This document shows, in pieces, positions 21,935-35,435 of a stretch of 35,435 nucleotides of DNA (within the stretch, counting starts at the first letter, position 1; every line of letters begins with the position of its first letter). The DNA is taken from contig NC_068998.1 in NCBI RefSeq assembly GCF_001194135.2, positions 51,120,668 through 51,156,102 of the forward strand, given 5' to 3'. Both the position numbers and the translations under genes were made by a program. The notes under the pieces are model-generated. The model searched no databases. It saw only the letters and a list, made by a program, of their open reading frames with translations, and was not told the origin of the DNA. Source of the stretch: Octopus bimaculoides (taxonomy: Eukaryota).

Positions 21935-22092
21935 TCAGAACTCGTCTGGTGCCCATTTACGACTTAGTTGACTGGACCAAAGTAATATGAAGGAGGCTTC
22001 GCTAAAAAACATAGCATTTTGCTCGGTTGCAGGATTTAAAACCACGATGTTAGGATTATGAGCCGAACGCTGTAACCATTGCATCACGTATT
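21935..22092 (-). mobile_element. tRNA-derived SINE (degenerate)
   Basis: Minus strand: CGTGATGCAATGGTTACAGCGTTCGGCTCATAATCCTAACATCGTGGTTTTAAATCCTGC..CAGTCAACTAAGTCGTAAATGGGCACC. Confidence 0.65.
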
Positions 22093-22111
22093 TTAGGGAT
22101 TCACACTGACA

Positions 22112-22160
<49 letters not shown>

Positions 22161-22964
22161 ACATACATTCTCAATTTTATATACATATATATATATAGAT
22201 TAAATATAGTACGCTGGAAAGAAAAACATCTAGGTAGCCAGGCTGGTTTGTCTTTTACCATAGATCAACTGATTAAGGGATTGACACAAAACTGAACAAC
22301 CAACACGGATATATCATTGATTTCTTCTCACATTTGCTGCAGAGTCTTTATCTATTTCCTATTGGTGAAGATTAATAATTTATTCATAAGAAACCACTGA
22401 CACCTTCTCTCGTTCGGATTGAAATTCGACGAGGAAACATAACATTAGATTAAGAATAAACAGAAGTGAGAGAGCCGGATGTGCTGGGTTATGGCGTTAG
22501 CTTTATCGTTCTGGTTTGTCGTCCAGTAGAAACTTCTGCTTCGGCGACATGATTAATCAAGCTGTATTTTATTGAAGTGCCTCGAATTACGTTTGTGTAC
22601 AGAGAAAGCAGTCACGGAATGAAGTTTTCAACACAAACAGTTTATTATCATTGATTTATCTTATTTTATTTTATTTTATTTTTTAGATATCGGATTTGGA
22701 TTCTCTGTTTATAAGTAAAGCATTAAAGTTGTAATGTTCGTACACTTCCAAAATAGATTAGCTGTGAATTTGAAATGAATTATTTACTTTCTTCAACAAA
22801 AAACAGCTCGATAGTTCCGCTCTGTGACCTTCACCATCAAAAATTAGCCAAAATTATGGAAAACACATTTGTTGATTGAATTGTAACATTGTAGCACAAC
22901 AAATGTCTGTTGATCCGGATTGTCCAGCGTCGTGTGAGATGACACACGCAAAAGCACAAATATG

Positions 22965-23055
22965 ACGGAGTTCCACATAGTTTCCGTCGACCAAATTTAC
23001 TCACAAGGCTTTGGTCAGACTGAACCTTTAATAGAAGACAGTTTTCCAATGTGTA
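22965..23055 (-). mobile_element. Family A SINE internal fragment
   Basis: Minus strand: CTGTCTTCTATT..GACCAAAGCCTTGTGAGTAAATTTGGTCGACGGAAACT; compare 3570-3610 and 19275-19310. Confidence 0.7.
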
Positions 23056-23512
23056 GCGCAATGGAACTAAACGGAAAACAACATAATTGAAGAGCGAACC
23101 AATTAACCATACACCCGTGCGTAGAGTAATTCTAGTAGCGTCATAGGAAACTATGAAAGACATGAAACATAATTAACGTGACAAGAACGATAACTTGCAA
23201 TAATTAAGATTATACTTGTATCGGAAGTAGGTAAACATCTGTGAACAACGTTTAAGAAAACCAACCAAACGAATGGGTGATATGACGCCCCAAAGTCCCA
23301 ATTAATAATAACGTAGGAATATATTATGTTAGGATGAGTGGGTATGTGAGGGAAACATTCTGATCTATAGGTTGTTAGTTTTTACACCGATTCCCAATAG
23401 AATTGGTATATTTGCTCAACTCTCGATACTAAAATTAATATATTGGGTAAAGTAGATGTTCTATACGATACGATTTCCTACATAAATACACACCCACCCA
23501 CCCACACACATA

Positions 23513-23607
<95 letters not shown>

Positions 23608-23879
23608 ATATGTTATGCAGTCAATTGAAAACTTAGATCAATTGAGATAATCCAAGCAATTACTAGACAAATATTATTTCTGCAAAATTGATGTATGACA
23701 TTAAATGTTATGGAAACAAATATTAGAGAGGATAAACTACCATAAAAAAGGCGATGTCGGACGAACGAACCAAAATGGGTCTCTCGACCAGGCAGAAATA
23801 GCAGTCAGATTTTCCTCAAATCACGCCATAATGTATTATCTTAGGAAATAACGTATTACATTATAAAGTTATACATAAT

Positions 23880-24077
23880 TGTTTCGAATTTTAGCATATG
23901 GCCAGCAATTTCGGGGGAATATATCGACCTCAGTGTTTAACTGGCACTTACTTTATCAATCCCGAAAGGATGAAATATAAAGTCGAGCTCAGCGGAATTT
24001 GAACTCAGAACGTAAAGACGGACGAAATGCTAAGTATTTTCCCGGCGTGCTGATGGCTTTGCGAGCTCACCGCCTTA
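23880..24077 (-). mobile_element. Full-length family B SINE with 17-bp TSD
   Basis: Antisense family B body; flanks ATAAAGTTATACATAAT (23863-23879) and ATAAAGTTATGCATAAT (24078-24094) match 16/17. Confidence 0.9.
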
Positions 24078-24489
24078 ATAAAGTTATGCATAATACTAAA
24101 ATGACAGTATTTAAAAGATAAATGCAAGTGCGGTTGCTTCATTGGTCAAGTTCATTGTTCGAAATGTTTGAAGAATAGAAACAATAGCAGGTAAAATTCG
24201 ATCTGGCTTTTGAAGCCAGATAGTGAAAACAATGGAAATGCTTTGGTCTTATTCTACATCTTCAGAAAAGTAAAGCACAGAAAATTGCATTAAAAAAGGA
24301 AGAAGGGTGTTTAGAAATGTCATATTGTACGAAATAATATATTATTTATATCATTTATATTAGCTCACCAAATATATTAGGTGAGTAATGGTATATGGAA
24401 GAAATTGTAGTGCTATGAAATATAGCGTCGTTCAATCCATTTTCTCTTGTTCATTACGTACATATATACATTCATAATTACATACGTAC

Positions 24490-24552
<63 letters not shown>

Positions 24553-24622
24553 AGTGTATGTGTATATATACATATATATTTGCGTAAATATGGATGTATG
24601 CGTACCTGTATATATGTATATA

Positions 24623-24656
<34 letters not shown>

Positions 24657-24879
24657 TATGTATGTATGTTTGTATGTATATATGTATGTATGTATGTATG
24701 TATGTACCGTAATGTGATAGGCTTTGCAATTTATCAACATGGTGAGATTGAAAACTACACAGCTTAATCGGATTACTTCAATTTTAATTATTCGCTGTTT
24801 AGAATAAGTCATCTCACAAATACTCCTCTCTACCCACCTCACAACACACACACTCACGATTACACACACATATATATAC

Positions 24880-24916
<37 letters not shown>

Positions 24917-26378
24917 NNNNNNNNNNNNNNNNNNNNNNNNNNNNNNNNNNNNNNNNNNNNNNNNNNNNNNNNNNNNNNNNNNNNNNNNNNNNNNNNNNNN
25001 NNNNNNNNNNNNNNNNNNNNNNNNNNNNNNNNNNNNNNNNNNNNNNNNNNNNNNNNNNNNNNNNNNNNNNNNNNNNNNNNNNNNNNNNNNNNNNNNNNNN
25101 NNNNNNNNNNNNNNNNNNNNNNNNNNNNNNNNNNNNNNNNNNNNNNNNNNNNNNNNNNNNNNNNNNNNNNNNNNNNNNNNNNNNNNNNNNNNNNNNNNNN
25201 NNNNNNNNNNNNNNNNNNNNNNNNNNNNNNNNNNNNNNNNNNNNNNNNNNNNNNNNNNNNNNNNNNNNNNNNNNNNNNNNNNNNNNNNNNNNNNNNNNNN
25301 NNNNNNNNNNNNNNNNNNNNNNNNNNNNNNNNNNNNNNNNNNNNNNNNNNNNNNNNNNNNNNNNNNNNNNNNNNNNNNNNNNNNNNNNNNNNNNNNNNNN
25401 NNNNNNNNNNNNNNNNNNNNNNNNNNNNNNNNNNNNNNNNNNNNNNNNNNNNNNNNNNNNNNNNNNNNNNNNNNNNNNNNNNNNNNNNNNNNNNNNNNNN
25501 NNNNNNNNNNNNNNNNNNNNNNNNNNNNNNNNNNNNNNNNNNNNNNNNNNNNNNNNNNNNNNNNNNNNNNNNNNNNNNNNNNNNNNNNNNNNNNNNNNNN
25601 NNNNNNNNNNNNNNNNNNNNNNNNNNNNNNNNNNNNNNNNNNNNNNNNNNNNNNNNNNNNNNNNNNNNNNNNNNNNNNNNNNNNNNNNNNNNNNNNNNNN
25701 NNNNNNNNNNNNNNNNNNNNNNNNNNNNNNNNNNNNNNNNNNNNNNNNNNNNNNNNNNNNNNNNNNNNNNNNNNNNNNNNNNNNNNNNNNNNNNNNNNNN
25801 NNNNNNNNNNNNNNNNNNNNNNNNNNNNNNNNNNNNNNNNNNNNNNNNNNNNNNNNNNNNNNNATATATATATATATATATATATATACAGGCATACATG
25901 CGTGAATATGCATATTCACATAGCTACATTTGATCTGTTAATCCCTGTGTGTGTGTATGTGTGTGTACACTACATATATATGTGTGTTGGCTTGGGTTAT
26001 GTGTGAATAGATGCGTATACATGTATATTTAAAGTATTACTGTATATTCCATGTAAGACTACAACGCATGGCGGATCACTCAGCTTTGGATGACTTATCT
26101 GAGACCACAATCACCTGTTGTCATCTACTTTTTCTTCATCATGATGAAGTCAATTGGGAAGTTGCAGGACCCATAACTTACTCAGGTTTCTGCCAGGTTG
26201 ATTTAATTTCATACTATTGATTTAAACTGAAAATAAATTTCTTAAAAAAAGACTCTTTTTGTATATACTCCTTGAGCTATTGAATCACGAGCTAATATTT
26301 ATCTTTAAAATAAGATCATATCGAATACCTAGAGGAAGAACATGTGTTTTCTGCGTTTTTGAATTTTGAAGGCGTTAC

Positions 26379-26379
<1 letters not shown>

Positions 26380-26409
<30 letters not shown>

Positions 26410-26554
26410 CTTCTTCTTCTTCTTCTTCTTCTTCTTCTTCTTCTTCTTCTTCTTCTTCTTCTTCTTCTTCTTCTTCTTCTTCTTCTTCTTCTTCTTCTTC
26501 TTCTTCTTCTTCTTCTTCTTCTTCTTCTTCTTCTTCTTCTTCTTCTTCTTCTTC

Positions 26555-26598
<44 letters not shown>

Positions 26599-26622
26599 TA
26601 TTATTATCATTATTATTATTAC
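26380..26622. repeat. Compound triplet array: long pure (CTT)n, then (CAT)n, then (TAT)n
   Basis: Directly visible; about 59 CTT units. Confidence 0.95.
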
Positions 26623-26762
26623 TGAAACTGGTTATAGTATTTCCTTAATATATTATTATTTGCTGTTAGCTTTCAGTTTGCACTTTACGATCAAAATAGT
26701 CTCGTCATCATTATGATCATAATCACCACCACACCACCACCACAACTGCCACCACCACCACC

Positions 26763-26796
<34 letters not shown>

Positions 26797-27911
26797 TCAG
26801 TGTAATTAGTTTTGTTACTACAGTCATTACTGTTGATGCTGCTACATCGCTTCGCACCTCAAGTTATAATTTGTATGAAGGACGATGCTGATTGCCTTGC
26901 AATCAACGTAATTAGGACAACAGCATGCTTGTCTTTTGCCTTTTAATTTTCTTATTTCATTAGTTACATTAATTATTTTTCAGAGAATCTGTTCTCCCCT
27001 CTTAGTATTCCACAGTGCTGACATAACTCCCACGGTATGAAAGCAGCCAGCATTAACATGCCCAAGGCAGTGTTCTTTCGCGGCTAAAACTAGACAGCCA
27101 CAACTAAAGTTACTAGTTACCTTTTTCTCAGGAAGCGGTCCGTTTAAACGGCTATAAGGATGATCAACGGCAATAGCAAAAAAGAACGACAAAACACCAG
27201 GTTTTAGAGCTCCAATAACCAAAACTCTGGGGATATCAAATGAAATATATTTAGGTTCAGTATTACAAAGAGGTATTCTCGTACCGCGTCCTCTCTCAGC
27301 CCCACCCGGTAAGTCCACGCTTTTATCGTTGTAAGGAATTGAAGATATAATAATTAGTGATGAAAAGACAAAAGGAATGAAGAGGTAAACGTCACAAGAA
27401 GGAATAGAAAATAAGGAAGACTTATGAAGAAATATTTCTGGTGAATGGCAACGAAGTTGTTCCAGGAAAGACAACGCTATCAGGAAAGGAAATTATATCA
27501 GAGGTGAACCAAGTTTCACTGTCTTTCCAAACCAAACACAGCTTAGAGACGAAACTATGCATCTTTGGTACCACAGACGCTCTTACACTTTCCGAATGAC
27601 GTAAAAACGTTTGCCTCAGAATATAAACAACATGCAAAAGATAGAGTGTTAATGATATTAAGATCAAGACAAAATATCGAACTTAAAAACGAGTATCCAC
27701 ATGATGTTAGGGTCTTTTCAACATCAAATACCTCAAAAAGGTTTACTGGTGCATTTCTTTGCACTCGAACACATACAATGCTTACGTGAACGCTGTCATG
27801 GAGTACACAACTCGACTAACCACGAAAATCCTGTGTAATTCCTTTCAATTATATCATGTAATTGTTGTATGTTTTCTTGAAAACATATTTGTATATTTAT
27901 TCATACATATT

Positions 27912-27942
<31 letters not shown>

Positions 27943-28577
27943 NNNNNNNNNNNNNNNNNNNNNNNNNNNNNNNNNNNNNNNNNNNNNNNNNNNNNNNNNN
28001 NNNNNNNNNNNNNNNNNNNNNNNNNNNNNNNNNNNNNNNNNNNNNNNNNNNNNNNNNNNNNNNNNNNNNNNNNNNNNNNNNNNNNNNNNNNNNNNNNNNN
28101 NNNNNNNNNNNNNNNNNNNNNNNNNNNNNNNNNNNNNNNNNNNNNNNNNNNNNNNNNNNNNNNNNNNNNNNNNNNNNNNNNNNNNNNNNNNNNNNNNNNN
28201 NNNNNNNNNNNNNNNNNNNNNNNNNNNNNNNNNNNNNNNNNNNNNNNNNNNNNNNNNNNNNNNNNNNNNNNNNNNNNNNNNNNNNNNNNNNNNNNNNNNN
28301 NNNNNNNNNNNNNNNNNNNNNNNNNNNNNNNNNNNNNNNNNNNNNNNNNNNNNNNNNNNNNNNNNNNNNNNNNNNNNNNNNNNNNNNNNNNNNNNNNNNN
28401 NNNNNNNNNNNNNNNNNNNNNNNNNNNNNNNNNNNNNNNNNNNNNNNNNNNNNNNNNNGGCTAATGAAAATTAAAAATTATTATTATTACCAAAAAATAA
28501 TTTTTTACTTGATATCTGCTGTGTTTACACATTTTTTCTTCTTCTTACTATTATCGTTATTGTTATTCTTGCTGTTG

Positions 28578-28583
28578 CTGTCG

Positions 28584-28640
<57 letters not shown>

Positions 28641-28641
28641 C

Positions 28642-28710
<69 letters not shown>

Positions 28711-28860
28711 CATCATCATCTTTATCATTATTATTTGTCGTAGTAGTAGAGGCAATGTTCATTATTATTATCATTGTTGTTGTTGATGTGGTGGTGGTGA
28801 TGTTTGTTGCTGCTTCTGTTGTTGTTGTTGTTGTTGTTGTTGATGATGATGATGTTACTG
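28578..28860. repeat. Compound (CAT)n/(ATT)n/(GTT)n microsatellites
   Basis: Directly visible. Confidence 0.9.
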
Positions 28861-29132
28861 TTGTTTTCATACGTCTGCCTCGTCACTGAATGTTTGTAAT
28901 TTAGTATGGCTTGCGGGAAATCCGTGTTATAACTAGATTTTGTTTTAAGTACACATTATGCCGCCACTCAGCAAATAGGCAGCTTTGTTTTCATCTTGAT
29001 TTTATTTTCTTCCTAAGTTAGAAGTATTAATAGTATGAGATACCCTTAAGACAAGAGTCTATATATGAATGATAAATATTGATAGATGTAATAGAGTGGC
29101 TGCGGGTGAGGTAGGGAGAGTGATTCTGTGAC

Positions 29133-29166
<34 letters not shown>

Positions 29167-29684
29167 AGAGAGAAAGTGGGAGATTGAGAAACACAGACAG
29201 AGACGGGGAGACGGACAGACAAACAGATTGGTAGAAAGATATAAGGATATGAAAGGAATAAACAGGAACAGAAATATAATTTGTTGTCATGGAATGTATG
29301 AAGTAAGAGAATGGAAGACATAAGAAATGAATGAGTGTCTGTCGCGCGCACACACACAGACGCAGAATCACACATATACACATACATACTCACACACACA
29401 CACACACACACACACACATCGTACTTATTGATTAGTAAACGATTTTGTAAAGAGAAGAAGAAAATACTATAGTACCTCGGTTTTCGAACAACTTTGAAAG
29501 CGAATAAATCGTGCTTTATATATATNNNNNNNNNNNNNNNNNNNNNNNNNNNNNNNNNNNNNNNNNNNNNNNNNNNNNNNNNNNNNNNNNNNNNNNNNNN
29601 NNNNNNNNNNNNNNNNNNNNNNNNNNNNNNNNNNNNNNNNNNNNNNNNNNNNNNNNNNNNNNNNNNNNNNNNNNNNNNATATAT

Positions 29685-29733
<49 letters not shown>

Positions 29734-29879
29734 CGAGTAATTGCACCATAATAGACATGTCATGTGAACATCCGTCTTCAGTGCTGGTGTAGAATTCTCT
29801 TTATCTTGCTTCTCATTTCATTTGTCTATGCTTCCCTTCTAGTCTCTGAAGAGTATCACCAGAGATGTCAGGAATTATT

Positions 29880-31085
29880 AGGGCACTGGTATACAAAAAG
29901 CCGTAATGCATCCAGATCAAGGGACTGCACCCAGATCAAGGGACTGCACCCAGATCAAAGACCTCAAAAATCTTCATATCCGACCTCAGCACCATGTTAG
30001 AAATGATGAGATTTATAGACAACTTTAAATCATTTTAGAAAACCTTATATAAATACTTATAACGCTTGAAAACGTACCCTTCGTCCGAATACATTGCAAC
30101 AAAACATACCTCATCACAATGGAATCTACCAATATAAAAGAGAGGGAACAACTTTCCTAACAACCAGGACTGTATCACGTGGGATGCCTCGTCATGCCCA
30201 CACCTTACATTACCTAACTATCAGGCGAATTGATGCTCCAACTTAAAGCTATAAATTAATCAACATATCCAGAAGCAATTTCAGAATAGGCATTAAACGT
30301 ATTTACGACGTTATTAAATCTAGGAGCATAACTTTAGAGCACAACTGCCGTCCATTAAGTCATTCAATCCTATAGTGTTACCGAATTCACTTCTATCCTT
30401 CAATCAACAAGGATCTCTTTCGTAAGCTTCAAATTTTGCCAGAGAAATTACTACATTTAACGATGTAGATATTAAGACAACAAGTAATTCTCCTACCATT
30501 TGAATTCCGACTGTGTAAAAAATGGAAACTGCCTTTATACAAGACTGGGTGATGCAGAGGAAAGTAAGCTGATTTAATCCAATATATTATTCGAACATAG
30601 AAATTTCTGCTTCTAGATTGACGACACTTTCCACCGCTACATCAACACTCATAACATTAAAGTCTACTACTTATACTTCGATAACATTGCTTTCTAGATC
30701 ACATGCTACAACGGAAATACACAGATCTGTATATCTTTTAGCTCAAAGGGAAAATTGTTGGTATCAAAATCCTTTCAACTCCCTAATGAGCCGATAAGAT
30801 CACTTATTTATCACTTATTTATCGTGCATCTTGGTTGGTATTAAAAAGGGAATTATATAGATCGCATTGCGAACGCCTTCAAAACCCGTTACAAACTGTG
30901 TTTACATCAATTTAAGCAAAGGAACAGCGCTCTTCTACGTCACTGTCCTATTTCGTTAACAAACGCAGGATCCAAGTCATTCTTTACTTTAATGGATCTT
31001 AAAATTACAGGCTTTGACTAAACGAAACTATTTATGTGTTAGAGCAGAATCAACGAGCTGGATATCGGAAGAATCGCCCAATTTT
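29880..31085 (+). mobile_element. Decayed Penelope-like retroelement (Neptune-type): RT C-terminus, linker and GIY-YIG endonuclease
   Basis: Manual translation: RKVS*FNPIYYSNIE (30558-; cf. RNIIWFNPPYSKNV), HRYINTHNIKVYYLYFDNIAF*ITCYN (30632-; cf. HKIFNRNTIKVSYSCMPNI..IISSHN), NYIDRIANAFKTRY (30851-; cf. YIGxTENTFKTRY), KRNYLCVRAE (cf. KRCNLCLEEK). Many stops and frameshifts. Confidence 0.8.
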
Positions 31086-31182
31086 ATATATACATAAAAA
31101 CAGAGATTGCTACAAAGTATGATAAGGAGGATAAGAAAGATGTAACGTCAGAGAGAGAACCAAAATGAAAGAGAAGTTGGTG

Positions 31183-31251
<69 letters not shown>

Positions 31252-31724
31252 TGAGAGAGAGAGAGAAAGAGGGAGAGAGAGAGAGAGAGATTCTGGTTGT
31301 AACTCGTTTATATCGGTAAGCAAGCAATGTCTGCATTACATAAGTCTATTAATAAATTGCATTATCTCCAAGCTTTCAATATCTGTCAACTTTCTAATAT
31401 GCTGGTCGCAACTGCAAGTCTTTCTCACTGTTTTCATAATGACATACTGTAAGAGATAACGGCGTCTATATTGAAAATTCTTTCATTAGATTTCTCAATC
31501 AAAAATGTCGCTTTCTTTACATCATTAAAAGTAATAATTTTGGTTGTCTCTTCTAAGCCTCCTTCATGTCAGTTATATATATAATCCCTAAAGGGAAATT
31601 CTATCACAACTTGAAGAATTCTAGCACATCTGAAGAAAAGAACGCAGGTGTGTTTTGATCAGTGTGTCTCAAAGTATATTAATAGATGTTTGCCATGACA
31701 AAACGAAATTGGTTCTAGAATAAT

Positions 31725-31835
<111 letters not shown>

Positions 31836-33479
31836 GTTAATGTGATGTTGAAAACGAGCTGCAGAAGTACAGGAAGCATAAGTATAGATGCAATACTAAT
31901 ATCGTTTGTTGATCGCTCTTATATGGTTACAAGTCAACGTCTGGCAGTCTGGCGTTTTGTATGAGTTTCGTGTACATAAATTCAATCATACTTCAAGAAC
32001 TTTTCGACATCTGGAAGAATAAAAATCAGAGAAAATATACATGATTAACAATATACAATATGATGTTAATCATTGAATTATAAATCGGCTGTTTGAGTCG
32101 AAAGATGAACTGCATTGTTACGTTTTAGACAATAATCAAGAAGCTGGCATTTGTCAAGTGTTTTGACGATCAAAAATTGTTGGATAGGCTTTTCAGCTAA
32201 GCTGGAATTTTTTATGAAATGAACTCGCTAAGAAAGTCACTGTAAGGCCCAGGGGATATGATTCTTGACTGTAGAAGAGGACTGGATGTTTAAAAATTTA
32301 TGTTGTGAAAAGAAATTTTGAAATGTTTGTCAGTAAATTTTAAGTCTTATTAAAACCTATTTAGAAGAATTATTAAATAAAATCGAGCATTATTTTCCAT
32401 CTCTTCAACAAAAGTCTGTTATCAGGTGAGGATTGTTTTGGGAAGTAAAATTCTTGCATCGGATATTGTTCTTATCTTTGTGTTGGTACCTCTTCTGAAT
32501 GTGCTAACTTGTTTTCTCGAATTCAGAATCGAAATTTTAATACGTTGTGGCCTCTTCTTTCGACTAGGTTGGGATTTTTGTCTCATCGTTGAAATGCATG
32601 TTCGTTTTCGTTTCTATAAGTACCTCGAATCGCATTGTTCTGGTGAATTTTCTACTCTAACACCCTCTGTCAAAACATTTAAACATCTCTGCCGCTTCTT
32701 TCCCCAGACACATCATTTTTCAGTTAAGATTCCTGTAACTCATAAATTCTCTCATTCTAATTATTTCGTTCTTCGAATTGTTGTTCTCTGAATCTCACAC
32801 CACCGTCTTGTTTCCTCAGATTTATGATATTCTGTCTCACAATGTTTTTGCCAATCGCCATCTTCTGAATTTGTAGGACCATTTTATTCATTCAGTATAG
32901 TATCTTATGATACAGTGGCCTCTAGCCTCGTCTGCGACAAAGAATTATGTTCTTCAGTTTTCAACAGTTTATATACGGGAATAAACTTCATTTTTTTCCA
33001 TATATATCAGCTATAAAAAAAGAAAGACGTCAATTTACTCCTGTCTGTTGAATATGATACACATACACGTTTATCTAAAAAGTTCGACCCCGAATTTAGA
33101 ATGTCTATACCAAAAGAGAAACACAAGTTTCTCATAAAAGAAGCAAATTTCATTATCAAAATTCGCTTCAAAAATAGCATCACTTTGACACGTATAAAAA
33201 GAAATATAGCTTTTATTTATTTAATGCCTTTTCAACATTGTCAATAGAAGATTAAGTTATTGCACTGGTTATTAGCTGCTTTCGTTCAGTTTATATGTGT
33301 AGTTTAGGATATTGGTTATTAATGTGAATTTTTTATCTTCTTACGAGGTCTCTTGAACAAGCAGATTAATTCTTGTTATTTTTTGCATTGTCAATAAATT
33401 CTGTTATATTTTTGCTTAAAGCCGTTATCAAGAATATATATATGTGGTTTATATTCAAGAGAAAGAAAAATATTAAAAA

Positions 33480-33610
33480 GCGCAGATGATGCTACGTGGT
33501 TAAGGAGCACGCACCGCAAACCTGTTGTTTCGAGTTCGATACATCATCATGGCATTTTTTGCAAGTATTATCTAGTAAAGACTTCAGCAGGCGTGTATTT
33601 TCTCGGAGAC
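33480..33610 (+). mobile_element. Degenerate tRNA-derived SINE head
   Basis: GCTACGTGGTTAAGGAGC A-box-like and GAGTTCGATAC B-box-like, followed by TTGCAAGTATTATCT. Confidence 0.55.
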
Positions 33611-33621
33611 ATTTAATAGGC

Positions 33622-33681
<60 letters not shown>

Positions 33682-33959
33682 GAAAAATGTATAGTCTATA
33701 TATATGTGTGTGAAAGTGTGTATATGTGTGTGTACTTATATATATATATACATATATATATATATGAGTGTATCTATAGATAGATACATATTTAGATAGA
33801 TAAACAGACAGACAGACGGACAGATAGATAGATACGTACATACATAGATACATAGATACTTAGATAGATACATGGATACATACATGCATACATACATATA
33901 CATACATATGTGCTTACCTGTCTATCTATTTGTTTGTCTATCAATATATGTTTATATAT

Positions 33960-34040
33960 TTAAGTACCAGTTGCGTACTGGGATCGATCTAATCGACTGG
34001 CCCCCTTCCCCAAAATTTTGGGCCTTGTTTCTAGAGTAGA
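33960..34040 (+). mobile_element. Family B SINE 3' half
   Basis: TTAAGTACCAGTTGCGTACTGGGATCGATCTAATCGACT..CAAAATTTTGGGCCTTGT. Confidence 0.75.
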
Positions 34041-34369
34041 AGAGAAAAGAATATAGGCTTGTGTACGTATATATGAATGTCTCTATGTTCGTAACTCATA
34101 ATTTTACAGCTCGAGAAAGAGAGTTGCATAAAATAAATACCGGGATTTAGAAAGTGTAAATGGGTCGAGGACGCAACATAGTTAGGCTTCATTGATTGGA
34201 ATAAGTGAGAACTTCTGTGAGACATGGAATACACCTGATAGCTTTTCCAAAGGTCAAAAGCTTGAGAAACACTGTTCGAGAGTATCGTTTTATGAAATTC
34301 GCCTACACAGGTTTCGAACCATTGTTTAAATTACAGGATGTAACAACATAAAATATACCATTACCGATA

Positions 34370-34478
34370 TGCATGCATGATTGCGTTCGTGTGTAGTGTG
34401 TGTGCTTGCGTGTTTGTATATGCCTGCCAGTGTATTTGTGTTCTATGTATGACAATATGGCTATATAAAAGTACGCAC

Positions 34479-34512
<34 letters not shown>

Positions 34513-34720
34513 ACACATAGGCCTACATATGTGCCTATATACGTACGTACATGCACACGTGTCCATACGTACGTACATACAAACACTCATATGTGTATAT
34601 ATGCACATACATGTACATATGTATATACATATATACATACGTATATATGTACACACACGTACACACACAGACACACATACAGACACACGCACACACACGC
34701 AAATACACAGACACATATTA
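34370..34720. repeat. Degenerate (TA)/(CA)/(TG) low-complexity region
   Basis: Directly visible; similar regions at 20370-20660, 24470-24710, 33620-33950 and 35095-35435. Confidence 0.9.
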
Positions 34721-35101
34721 GGTACATGAAGTCATAAGATGAGACGCTGTTAAAGAAATTGTCGATAAGAAACTTCAAAGCAAAAGTTAAGACAAGATGA
34801 AGAAACAATAAACCCCACCTCATATATTCTCAATAGTGTTTCCTATAAAAAATAAAACCTCGGCACAGATTAACTTCGATGGACTGAAATAAAGACACAA
34901 AAGGTGAATTTTTTTTATCGAAATTATGTCTATTATTTGTTTCTTATACATTTTATGTCCTCAATAAAGCAATAATTTAGAAAGATTGAAGTTTGATCGA
35001 TACTTTCATCTTACAGACCTTAGACCACCCCTTGCCATTGAACTTTTCATATAGATGAAGATAAACGCAGAAAACCACAACGCCTGCAGAACATATATAC
35101 C

Positions 35102-35191
<90 letters not shown>

Positions 35192-35435
35192 CACGGATGT
35201 ACATATTGGGCGATTTGCGTATCACACTTTTATACACGCCATTAATTTTATGCGGCTTTTAAATAACGTCCAGGCAGAGAAGCACATATGCTTGAAATAA
35301 GACTTACATTTAGATACGTACTTCTTAATACATGTGTATGTACATAGTTGTATATATGTGTGTATATATGAATATATGTATATGTATATCTACGTATAAT
35401 CATCCATATATAATATATTTGCATATTTATATATA

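Noticed and set aside
29468-29490. Tigger/pogo-like TIR fragment (AGTACCTCGGTTTTCGAAC)
   Set aside because: Resemblance is from memory only, no partner TIR is visible, and the sequence runs into a gap at 29526.
616-29763. Long ORFs spanning N-runs (e.g. 1744-2613, 3553-4637, 8774-9376, 24432-25919, 27759-28889)
   Set aside because: They are open only because N codons are not stops; the flanks are microsatellite translations (ERER, YIYI, HTHT).

Overview
AT-rich, repeat-dense eukaryotic non-coding DNA (intergenic or intronic). It contains nine N-gaps totalling about 3.9 kb, mostly flanked by microsatellites. The SINE families and microsatellite load resemble those I recall from octopod cephalopod (Octopus) assemblies; this is inference from memory, not a database result. 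No intact protein-coding gene, tRNA, rRNA or CRISPR array can be supported, and nearly all long ORFs in the track are artefacts of N-runs or simple repeats. Recognisable content: many tRNA-derived SINE copies of at least three families (two copies with clear target-site duplications), an (AAC/AAT)-tailed interspersed repeat family, decayed mariner (DD34D) and Tc1/maT transposase fragments, and a decayed Penelope-like (Neptune-type) retroelement. Most unusual structures: (1) a 593-bp MITE with 37-bp TIRs and an 8-bp TSD, holding an inner inverted repeat and a central (CCCTAA)4-CC-(TTAGGG)5 telomeric palindrome; (2) a variant minimal hammerhead-ribozyme-like motif; (3) a local ~180-bp inverted duplication; (4) a foldback of two tRNA-like SINE heads; (5) a 45-bp minisatellite open as a 15-aa peptide repeat.
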